From IMG/VR virus record IMGVR_UViG_3300031688_000024, positions 1 through 52,972 of that record: a DNA stretch of 52,972 nt, one strand, 5' to 3'. The stretch is from a virus (taxonomy: Duplodnaviria > Caudoviricetes). A model generated the notes under the pieces. That model did not search any database. It had not been told where the DNA came from and saw only the letters and a program-made list of their open reading frames with translations. This document shows, one piece after another, positions 33,094 through 39,859 of this stretch; position 1 is the first letter of the stretch, and each line of letters starts with the position of its first letter. The translations under genes were made by a program, and so were the position numbers.

Positions 33094-33324
33094 ATGGTGG
33101 AATATATTGGGTGGGCTGCGACTGTCGCTATTGTCCTTTCGTTCTTAATGAACGACTTACTTAAATTAAGAGTGACTAGTTTAATCGGGGCTCTATTGTG
33201 GTTATGGTACGGCATTGTAACTAACATACCGTCGATTCTTTTTCTAAATATTATTATCGTAATTATACAAATTTATAAAATATACCAACTAAAAAGGGGT
33301 AAAACTAAAGAGAAACATGATTAA
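33094..33324 (+). CDS. Small inner-membrane protein (YgjV-like)
   Basis: IGWAAT...LSF.M....KLR...LIG..LWLWYG. Confidence 0.7.
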   Translation: MVEYIGWAATVAIVLSFLMNDLLKLRVTSLIGALLWLWYGIVTNIPSILFLNIIIVIIQIYKIYQLKRGKTKEKHD

Positions 33325-33616
33325 AGACCATAAAGAGATACCCGAATTCCAAATAAAGGGGGATATAAGTGAGATAAATGAATCGTTTGACTTCCATAGT
33401 CGTAATGTCGAGTTAATCGAACAGAACCTTAATGGGGGTCCTAAGGAAACAATTCTTTGTTACTTCATAACTGAAGACGGTCGGAGATTGGTTGCGGAAT
33501 TACCCGAGGAGTCATATCTAACGTCAATAAATGAGAGTCTACGATATTTCGTTGGAAAAGAAGAGTATGAGATGTGTGGTAAAATCAATAAAGTCAAAGA
33601 AAAACTATTAAACTAA
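33317..33616 (+). CDS. Hypothetical protein with UVR-like C-terminal motif
   Basis: YFVGKEEYEMCGKI. Confidence 0.6.
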   Translation: MIKDHKEIPEFQIKGDISEINESFDFHSRNVELIEQNLNGGPKETILCYFITEDGRRLVAELPEESYLTSINESLRYFVGKEEYEMCGKINKVKEKLLN

Positions 33617-33625
33617 TGGTATATT

Positions 33626-33775
33626 ATGGTGAAACGGATTTCATTTTTAAAATATAAGGTAGGACATCAATTCTACATTGTGCCGACAATACAAATCACA
33701 TACGATAAAAGACTAAACGGGAAATACTCAATAGATTTGTTATGGGGTCGATGGGGTATATCAATGGCATGGTAA
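33626..33775 (+). CDS. Small hypothetical protein (49 aa, not in the ORF track)
   Basis: MVKRISFLKYKVGHQFYIVPTIQITYDKRLNGKYSIDLLWGRWGISMAW. Confidence 0.55.
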   Translation: MVKRISFLKYKVGHQFYIVPTIQITYDKRLNGKYSIDLLWGRWGISMAW

Positions 33776-33846
33776 TTGATATTTATTAACTATTAGTTGA
33801 GTATCACTTGACGGATAAATAATAACAGACTTAAATTAATCATATT

Positions 33847-34422
33847 ATGAAAAAAATATTATTAGTATTAATCACATTTACTTTAACTTCGTGTGGGACA
33901 TACCAAACATTACGAACCCAAAACAATACGCCATTAAGGATTAACAATTTTAACACAGATAACACATATCAAAATCTAAACTGGTCCCCATATTATTATT
34001 ATGGGACTAATTTTTACGATATGAGTCATCATTTTAATCATGGGGTATGGTGGAACTATAATAGACGAGGTTTTGGTTTTACATATAATTGGAATCACAA
34101 TAGGTGGAGTTCATCGTATTGGCGTGGTGGATGGTATAACACCAATAACCAATATAGGTGGTATGATAACCGTAGGGGTCGAAGAACGAGTAGTACTCGT
34201 CAAAATGTCCGACATATAGTAACGAAACCAATTCGTTTGGTTAGTACTAATACCGTCAGACCCATCCCTATACGGAACGGTAATTCGATAATTAAACGAG
34301 TAAGACGTAACAACGTCAGAACCAACAAAGTCAGGAGAGTAACCCCAATTAGGAGGAATACCCATACTAAATCCCCACGTAGAACCATACAATCAAATAA
34401 GAAAAGAAGAACTAATCAATAA
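33847..34422 (+). CDS. Lipoprotein with aromatic-rich middle and Arg-rich tail
   Basis: Lipobox LTSC; Y/W/G-rich then R/N-rich low complexity, an architecture common in Bacteroidota. Confidence 0.7.
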   Translation: MKKILLVLITFTLTSCGTYQTLRTQNNTPLRINNFNTDNTYQNLNWSPYYYYGTNFYDMSHHFNHGVWWNYNRRGFGFTYNWNHNRWSSSYWRGGWYNTNNQYRWYDNRRGRRTSSTRQNVRHIVTKPIRLVSTNTVRPIPIRNGNSIIKRVRRNNVRTNKVRRVTPIRRNTHTKSPRRTIQSNKKRRTNQ

Positions 34423-34426
34423 TTTA

Positions 34427-34457
34427 AAAAAAACTCTCACCATGGTGAGAGTTTTTT
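34427..34457. terminator. Bidirectional intrinsic terminator
   Basis: AAAAAACTCTCACCATGGTGAGAGTTTTTT palindrome. Confidence 0.85.
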
Positions 34458-34527
34458 ATTTATATGTTTGGTGGTTGTATCTATTTAACTTATCTTTGTA
34501 GTGTTAAATAAATAAAGACATAAAGAT

Positions 34528-34971
34528 ATGGGTACGAACTACAGAAGAATTCCGAAGATAAGTGATATGGTCAGTAAAAGTCAAAAACTTACACTGAGAC
34601 TACAGGAGATGAACCTATATGACGCGTCCATGACGTATAATGGATTTAACTTCATCAAAACCGATGGGTTGAATTCTAACTCACCATGGGATGAATTTAC
34701 CGATGGGATGTCAGTACATATTGGTAAACGTAGTGGTGGTTGGAAATTCTCATGGAACTTCCATAATGGAAAGTTCTATACAAATAAGAAAGAATTGTTC
34801 GACTTCATTAGAAGTGGTCGAATCGTAAATGAATACGGAGAACAAATACCGACGGAGGAGTTCATTCATATGGCAATCGGATGGTGTGTTGACGGATTGG
34901 ACGGAATCGAAGAGGGGTACGAGAAAGAAGTGGACGGATTAAGTGTCTCAACATCAACAGACTTTTCATAA
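34528..34971 (+). CDS. Phage hypothetical protein
   Basis: MGTNY...HIGKRSGGWKF...IVNEYGE; TAnnTTTG promoter upstream. Confidence 0.75.
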   Translation: MGTNYRRIPKISDMVSKSQKLTLRLQEMNLYDASMTYNGFNFIKTDGLNSNSPWDEFTDGMSVHIGKRSGGWKFSWNFHNGKFYTNKKELFDFIRSGRIVNEYGEQIPTEEFIHMAIGWCVDGLDGIEEGYEKEVDGLSVSTSTDFS

Positions 34972-34972
34972 T

Positions 34973-35209
34973 ATGAGTAATAAAAATAGGTATGACCATT
35001 ACGTAGGTATGGTCGAGAGGTGTGAGAAAATCATTAATAGTTGTATTACGGAAAAACAGTTAGAATCCGCAGATAAGTATTTGGAACTATTTAAGAGACA
35101 GATAAAGAACGCCGAAACGAATAGTATGGAGGGTAAGTTGTTTTACGATAAAGTATCTTCACAACAAAAAGACTTGAGGATTAAAATAAAAACGTTTATT
35201 ATTACATAA
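34973..35209 (+). CDS. Hypothetical protein
   Basis: ATG at 34973 immediately after the upstream stop; KIINSC motif. Confidence 0.65.
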   Translation: MSNKNRYDHYVGMVERCEKIINSCITEKQLESADKYLELFKRQIKNAETNSMEGKLFYDKVSSQQKDLRIKIKTFIIT

Positions 35210-35457
35210 TGGATAACAGTAGTAATACATTTGACAATCAAAACCAATATGAGCATAATACTACGTTGGATGTTAATTTTAGATACATGATACCTAAGGG
35301 TACTAAAACTATTGAGATTATCGCTGAGATTGAAAACATTGCCGGTGTAGACATATTTTATACAAAATCAGGTAGGTCATTCGCTGAACATCAATTGGAC
35401 GGTGTCGAAGTGACATATAATTACATAATGAAAACATGGCCCGAAGTCGATGCATAG
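35209..35457 (+). CDS. Hypothetical protein
   Basis: 82 aa, coupled by TAATG. Confidence 0.6.
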   Translation: MDNSSNTFDNQNQYEHNTTLDVNFRYMIPKGTKTIEIIAEIENIAGVDIFYTKSGRSFAEHQLDGVEVTYNYIMKTWPEVDA

Positions 35458-35610
35458 ATTAGGGAACGAAGCCCACGGATTACGGGTTTATTTAATATTA
35501 AACCTCAACCACTTTCGAGTTTGTTGAATTGTTAAATAGATTGTCGCGGATGTCGGTCGAATCGTTGGTCGGATTAGTTGGTAACTCTAAGGTGTTTAAA
35601 AGTTACAAAT

Positions 35611-35684
35611 ACCCCTATAGCTCAGTTGGTTAGAGCATCTCAATAACATTGAGAATGACGTAAGTTCGATTCTTACTGGTGGTT
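35611..35684 (+). tRNA. Atypical tRNA, anticodon AAC (Val?) on a Thr-like body
   Basis: Intact D and T arms; stem TCTCA-ATAACAT-TGAGA; one acceptor mismatch. Confidence 0.65.
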
Positions 35685-35842
35685 CTAAAAAATAAATGAA
35701 AAGGGTTAGACTATCTCATTTATTTGAGTATCTTTGTAGAGTCAAAGACGACAAAACAAAAATAAATTAAAAAAAAGGGTACTAAACATATTTTTTATAT
35801 ATGTATATACAGTATCCGACGTAACGGGATAATAATATAATT

Positions 35843-35992
35843 ATGAAAACAAATACTAACATACAACTCTTATCGAATCAGATGTTCCATTTATGGACTG
35901 CGATTACTGTCTCGGTATGTGCGTTTGGCTTTGGACAGGACAGTTATAATGTTAGAGAACCGAAACGATTAATTGGATATTTAAAATGGTGA
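35843..35992 (+). CDS. Putative attenuator leader peptide (49 aa, all 20 amino acids)
   Basis: MKTNTNIQLLSNQMFHLWTAITVSVCAFGFGQDSYNVREPKRLIGYLKW; between the promoter at 35729 and the terminator at 36027. Confidence 0.7.
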   Translation: MKTNTNIQLLSNQMFHLWTAITVSVCAFGFGQDSYNVREPKRLIGYLKW

Positions 35993-36026
35993 TATAGACT
36001 AAACACATATATACTCAGTATTAGAT

Positions 36027-36058
36027 AATCCAATTTCCAAAAGAAGTTGGATTTTTTT
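36027..36058 (+). terminator. Attenuator terminator upstream of the main tRNA array
   Basis: AATCCAATTTC-caaaa-GAAGTTGGATT followed by a T run; the 5' arm can alternatively pair with 35971-35984. Confidence 0.8.
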
Positions 36059-36105
36059 GTACCCAATAATTCGGATTCTAACGAATTAAAATAATAGAAA
36101 CAAAT

Positions 36106-36178
36106 GGTGTTCGTAGTTTAATGGCGAGAATGGTGGATTGTGATTCCACAGATGGGAGTTCGATTCTCCTCTTACACC
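36106..36178 (+). tRNA. tRNA-His(GTG)
   Basis: G-1/C73, loop TTGTGAT; two acceptor mismatches. Confidence 0.85.
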
Positions 36179-36209
36179 CTAAATGGTTGTTTTTATACCA
36201 TATTAAATA

Positions 36210-36224
36210 GTTCATTGACATATT
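36210..36224 (+). promoter_or_regulatory. boxA-like antitermination element
   Basis: GTTCATTGACATATT; exact repeat at 39218-39232, variant GTTCTTTGAAA at 51424. Confidence 0.6.
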
Positions 36225-36237
36225 GGATAAAATTAAA

Positions 36238-36324
36238 GGAAGGTTGACAGAGTCTGGCTTATTGTACTAGTCTTGAAAACTAGAGGGTGTAAAAACTCCA
36301 TGGGTTCGAATCCCATACCTTCCT
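36238..36324 (+). tRNA. tRNA-Ser(TGA), second copy
   Basis: Class II, loop CTTGAAA. Confidence 0.9.
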
Positions 36325-36330
36325 CTACAT

Positions 36331-36402
36331 TAACTTGTGGTATAACGGTGATTACATTTGACTTTGACTCAAATAATGGAGGTTCGATTCCTCCCAAGTT
36401 AA
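36331..36402 (+). tRNA. tRNA-Gln(TTG)
   Basis: Loop CTTTGAC, U1-A72. Confidence 0.9.
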
Positions 36403-36410
36403 CAATAATA

Positions 36411-36482
36411 CGGGTAGTATTCTCGGGGTGAGAAGCTCGCCTTGGACGCGAGAGGTGGTAGGTTCGACTCCTATCTACCCGA
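36411..36482 (+). tRNA. tRNA-Pro(TGG)
   Basis: Loop CTTGGAC, C1-G72, A73. Confidence 0.9.
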
Positions 36483-36490
36483 CTAAAGTA

Positions 36491-36562
36491 GCCCTTGTAG
36501 CAAACCGGCGTAGGCAATCGACTTTTAATCGATGGGGTCAGGTTCGACTCCTGACAGGGGCA
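36491..36562 (+). tRNA. tRNA-Lys(TTT)
   Basis: Loop CTTTTAA. Confidence 0.9.
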
Positions 36563-36605
36563 CAAATTGGAATGGTTATGCCAATTAAAGTATATGTAAC
36601 CACCT

Positions 36606-36676
36606 GTTTCGTTGGCGTAATGGTAGCGTATTTCTTTTACATGGAAATGGCAGTGGTTCGATTCCACTACGAAATA
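36606..36676 (+). tRNA. tRNA-Val(TAC)
   Basis: Loop TTTACAT. Confidence 0.88.
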
Positions 36677-36775
36677 CAAAAATAGTTGGGTGAAAGTGAT
36701 TCATTACTACAATAGTGATAACAACACACGATATTCTATGGGTATTAGGAATTGTAGTTCCAATCGATATAGTTT

Positions 36776-36847
36776 TTGGCGTTAGTGGAATGGTGACCAA
36801 GGCCGGCGATAAGCCGGCAGGAGCAAGTTCGATTCTTGTACGTTGAC
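36776..36847 (+). tRNA. Atypical Ile(GAT)-like tRNA with shortened anticodon loop
   Basis: GCCGGC-GATAA-GCCGGC, no U33; G-U-rich acceptor stem; good T arm. Confidence 0.55.
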
Positions 36848-36856
36848 AAAATAAAT

Positions 36857-36937
36857 GGGATATGAAAGTCGTTCGGATACGGCAGCGAGACTGTAAATCT
36901 CGTCCTTCGGGGAGTGGTTCGAGTCCACCATAACCCA
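36857..36937 (+). tRNA. tRNA-Tyr(GTA)
   Basis: Loop CTGTAAA, variable arm with TTCG loop. Confidence 0.9.
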
Positions 36938-37016
36938 CAATTACATAAAATTTGTGTTTAGGATATGTATTTAGATTATATATATTAATATATGACTTAA
37001 CATATAACGTAAATCA

Positions 37017-37493
37017 ATGAACACAGTAATTAACAAGTCAAAATTATCAATTTCAATACTCTCAAATTTAATGGCATTTCACATACCGGTTATATTATGG
37101 TATTCGAGTGGGGGTTTTGAAGAATCGATAAGTAGTTACCATTTAACAGATGCGAAATGGGCATTATTTATAACATTAATAATTACCTCTTTTGGGTTTT
37201 TTATTGGGAAAGTTGAGTATAGACTCTCAGGGGTTCTTTTAATTCTAATTGCGATTTTTAATATTGAATATGAGTTAATTCATAATATAACTGCCGGTTT
37301 GTTTTTTGCGTATACTGCGGTTTTAATGTTCATGGATAAGAGGTTTTGGTTTTTATCGATACCGATATTCATATCGTCATTAACGATACCGTTTATGTCG
37401 TTATACCCCTTTGAGATGATTTCATTATTATGTATTATATCGTTTAATGTTCTATATATTTTAAGATATGTTAGAATTATTAACATAAGATAA
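37017..37493 (+). CDS. Polytopic membrane protein within the tRNA array
   Basis: 158 aa with several hydrophobic segments; SISSY and IHNITA motifs. Confidence 0.75.
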   Translation: MNTVINKSKLSISILSNLMAFHIPVILWYSSGGFEESISSYHLTDAKWALFITLIITSFGFFIGKVEYRLSGVLLILIAIFNIEYELIHNITAGLFFAYTAVLMFMDKRFWFLSIPIFISSLTIPFMSLYPFEMISLLCIISFNVLYILRYVRIINIR

Positions 37494-37511
37494 TACTATT
37501 CAAATTTTAAC

Positions 37512-37584
37512 GGTACTGTAGCTCAAATGGTAGAGCACTTGGTTGAAGCCCAAGGTGTAGTTGGTTCGATACCAATCAGTACCA
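37512..37584 (+). tRNA. tRNA-Phe(GAA)
   Basis: Loop TTGAAGC. Confidence 0.92.
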
Positions 37585-37592
37585 CAATTAAA

Positions 37593-37673
37593 TTACGATG
37601 CAGGTGCATTAACTGTCTCATGAGCAGTATCGGTAGATATACCTAATGGAGGTTCGAGTCCTCTAATCGTAAC
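37593..37673 (+). tRNA. Atypical CAT-anticodon tRNA with reduced D arm and long variable arm
   Basis: TTACGAT/ATCGTAA acceptor, ACTGT-CTCATGA-GCAGT, ~19-nt variable region, GGAGG-TTCGAGT-CCTCT. Confidence 0.65.
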
Positions 37674-37676
37674 TAT

Positions 37677-37748
37677 GGACCTGTAGCTCAGAGGAAGAGC
37701 ATTCGCCTGTTAAGTGAAATGTCGAGATTTCGAAATTCTCCGGGTCCT
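37677..37748 (+). tRNA. tRNA-Asn(GTT)
   Basis: Loop CTGTTAA. Confidence 0.9.
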
Positions 37749-37817
37749 CAAATTGATTACAAAGAATGAATGATACGAGCCTTGAAAGTTCGAAAGGAGT
37801 CAGGTTGTAATCAACTT

Positions 37818-37890
37818 CGGAGTGTAGCTCAATCGGTAGAGCATTGTCCTGATACGACAAAGGTAGTTGGTTCGATACCAACCATTCCGA
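37818..37890 (+). tRNA. tRNA-Ile(GAT)
   Basis: Loop CTGATAC; Pro-like C1-G72 acceptor. Confidence 0.88.
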
Positions 37891-37904
37891 CTTTACTTAC
37901 AAAA

Positions 37905-37988
37905 GGAAGATAAACTATGATGGTGACTAGGATATCCTGCTAAGATAATCGTACTTAACGGTATTCGGTTCGATTCCGATTTCTTCCT
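37905..37988 (+). tRNA. tRNA-Ser(GCT)
   Basis: Class II, loop CTGCTAA. Confidence 0.88.
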
Positions 37989-37994
37989 CAAAAT

Positions 37995-38066
37995 GCCAAT
38001 ATAGCTCAGAGGTAGAGCACCTCTTTCATACGGAGTAGGTCGATGGTTCAATTCCGTCTATTGGTA
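37995..38066 (+). tRNA. tRNA-Met(CAT) elongator (or Ile2)
   Basis: Loop TTCATAC. Confidence 0.88.
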
Positions 38067-38070
38067 CAAA

Positions 38071-38122
38071 AGGGGGGTGAGACAATGGTGGTCAACGTAG
38101 GTTCGAATCCTTCCATTCCCCT
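38071..38122 (+). ncRNA. tRNA-like element without an anticodon arm
   Basis: 9-bp AGGGGGGTG/CATTCCCCT stem, D-like arm GAC-AATGGTG-GTC, 3-nt linker, T arm GTAGG-TTCGAAT-CCTTC. Confidence 0.7.
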
Positions 38123-38219
38123 GAATTAACGCCCAAAGGGTGATTGAATTGGTCAGAGATGAAATTCTTGCAAAGACGTTACCTAAAGATGTCCTGTCAA
38201 CCTACGGGGTTGGCTATAT

Positions 38220-38299
38220 GCCCGTGTGATGAAATTGGTAAACATATTCGGTTTAAGCCCGAAGGCTACGGCTTGTAGGTTCGAATCCTATCACGGGTA
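38220..38299 (+). tRNA. tRNA-Leu(TAA), second copy
   Basis: Class II, loop TTTAAGC. Confidence 0.9.
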
Positions 38300-38304
38300 C
38301 AATT

Positions 38305-38376
38305 ACCTTTATAGTTTAATTGGAAGAACTTATCGCTACGAACGATAGAACGGGGGTTCGACTCCCTCTAAAGGTA
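38305..38376 (+). tRNA. tRNA-Arg(ACG)
   Basis: Loop CTACGAA. Confidence 0.9.
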
Positions 38377-38382
38377 CAAATT

Positions 38383-38454
38383 ACCTCCATAGTTTAATTG
38401 GAAGAATAAAACGCTTCTAACGTTTTGGTACTGGTTCGAGTCCAGTTGGGGGTT
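38383..38454 (+). tRNA. tRNA-Arg(TCT), second copy
   Basis: Loop CTTCTAA; 5' half nearly identical to the Arg(ACG) gene. Confidence 0.9.
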
Positions 38455-38459
38455 CAAAA

Positions 38460-38528
38460 GCGTCATAGGTTAAGGTAACCAAACGGATTCCAAACTCGTA
38501 GGACAAAGTTCGATTCTTTGATGACGCG
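38460..38528 (+). tRNA. tRNA-Trp(CCA)
   Basis: Loop TTCCAAA, G73; imperfect anticodon stem. Confidence 0.85.
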
Positions 38529-38563
38529 CAAATTAAGAATATAAATCATTAACAATTTAAATC

Positions 38564-39073
38564 ATGAAAAATCGTTATGCTAAAACACTTGTGGTGGATT
38601 CAAGTTACACGGCACGTAGTATTATAACCACTGAAAGAGCATTTGTAATATCCTATAAGGGTAATGCAGATATATTAGTAGAGTATCCTGAAACGTTTGG
38701 ACTTGTTAATCCTAAGTTAGTCATTAACAAACCGTCAATAATTCGGGTTTACACTTACGTAAGGAAGGAATTTGATAAAGTACCATTAACACGTGAAAAC
38801 ATATTCAAACGTGATGGATACGAATGTGTGTATTGTGGTAATGATAATAGAAAGACATTAACATTGGACCATGTTGTCCCACAATCTAAAGGGGGACCTA
38901 ACAAATGGGATAACTTGGTCACGGCATGTAAACGATGTAATAATGAAAAGGCGGATTTAACGTTAAAGGAATATGGGAAACCTATTCCCAAACCACAGAG
39001 ACCACATTATTTAATGTTATTAAAACAGACAACATATATACCAGATGAGTGGAAACCATACTTAGGTATGTAA
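38564..39073 (+). CDS. HNH endonuclease (McrA-like)
   Basis: RENIFKRDGYECVYCG...TLDHVVPQSKGG...WDNLVTACKRCNNEK. Confidence 0.95.
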   Translation: MKNRYAKTLVVDSSYTARSIITTERAFVISYKGNADILVEYPETFGLVNPKLVINKPSIIRVYTYVRKEFDKVPLTRENIFKRDGYECVYCGNDNRKTLTLDHVVPQSKGGPNKWDNLVTACKRCNNEKADLTLKEYGKPIPKPQRPHYLMLLKQTTYIPDEWKPYLGM

Positions 39074-39074
39074 T

Positions 39075-39144
39075 GAGTGAGTTGTTCTTGGAGAACGGTT
39101 GGTCTGCAAAATCAACAGAGTGAGTTCGATTCTCACCTTACTCT
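39075..39144 (+). tRNA. tRNA-Cys(GCA)
   Basis: Loop CTGCAAA, U73. Confidence 0.88.
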
Positions 39145-39244
39145 CAAATTAAGTTAATGAGGTAGATTAGGATACGTGAAATAAAATATCTACCTTTACC
39201 AAGTAGAAAGTACTACTGTTCATTGACATATTAAAAGATAAATT

Positions 39245-39318
39245 ACCCTTATGGCGGAATTGGTATACGCGGCCGTCTTAGACACGGTGTATTGTAGGTT
39301 CGAGTCCTACTAAGGGTA
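39245..39318 (+). tRNA. tRNA-Leu(TAG) with short variable region
   Basis: Leu-type D arm GCGGAATTGGTATACGC, loop CTTAGAC, only 5 nt between anticodon and T stems. Confidence 0.85.
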
Positions 39319-39385
39319 CATAATATAAGGTTAGACGTTCGTTGGAGAACTTAAAAGAGATACAAAACCTCATTCTAACTTAACC

Positions 39386-39457
39386 GCCTCCAAAGCATAA
39401 ATGGTAATGTACTCGGTTTGTACCCGAAAGAACGGAGTTCGATTCTTCGTGGAGGCT
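39386..39457 (+). tRNA. tRNA-Thr(TGT), second copy
   Basis: Loop TTTGTAC. Confidence 0.88.
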
Positions 39458-39458
39458 C

Positions 39459-39652
39459 AAATTAAATGACGACTATGGTGTAACCCCATGGTATATGAAT
39501 CTCAGATAACTAGGTGAATTTCGAAACAGAGACTAGGGCGAGTAATATTTGATATAATCCATTCAACCATGTGCACATAAAGGGAAAATGTAGAAAGTCG
39601 AATTACGAGTGAAATCGGCATGATGTATAAATGGATACAAAAAATTTAATTT
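39459..39652 (+). ncRNA. Candidate pseudoknotted ncRNA (~190 nt) between tRNA-Thr and tRNA-Gly
   Basis: Closing AAATTAAAT/ATTTAATTT, CGACT/AGTCG, CATGGT/ACCATG, crossing ATCCATT/AATGGAT. Confidence 0.55.
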
Positions 39653-39655
39653 AAT

Positions 39656-39727
39656 GCGAATGTAGCATAGTGGTTAATGTTCTAGGCTTCCACCCTTGAG
39701 ACGAGAGTTCGATTCTCTCCATTCGCT
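39656..39727 (+). tRNA. tRNA-Gly(TCC)
   Basis: Loop CTTCCAC, U73. Confidence 0.88.
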
Positions 39728-39859
39728 CCGCCGTTGATTGATTCCTGGTAGTACATCAACAGTCATTAGGGTATTCGGGAAAATCCCATGAATGATACGT
39801 CATTAACGCTCAGTTTAATGGTAGGTACGTTGTTAACATCATGTTAAAACCTACAACCT

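Noticed and set aside
35455-35610. Hairpins upstream of the AAC tRNA (TATTTAATA/TGTTAAATA, TCAAC/GTTGA)
   Set aside because: AT-rich pairings could be chance; no coherent overall fold seen
38137-38228. Small ORF (V/M)IELVRDEILAKTLPKDVLSTYGVGYMPV in a tRNA spacer
   Set aside because: GTG start, overlaps tRNA-Leu, no A-rich initiation context; too weak to call
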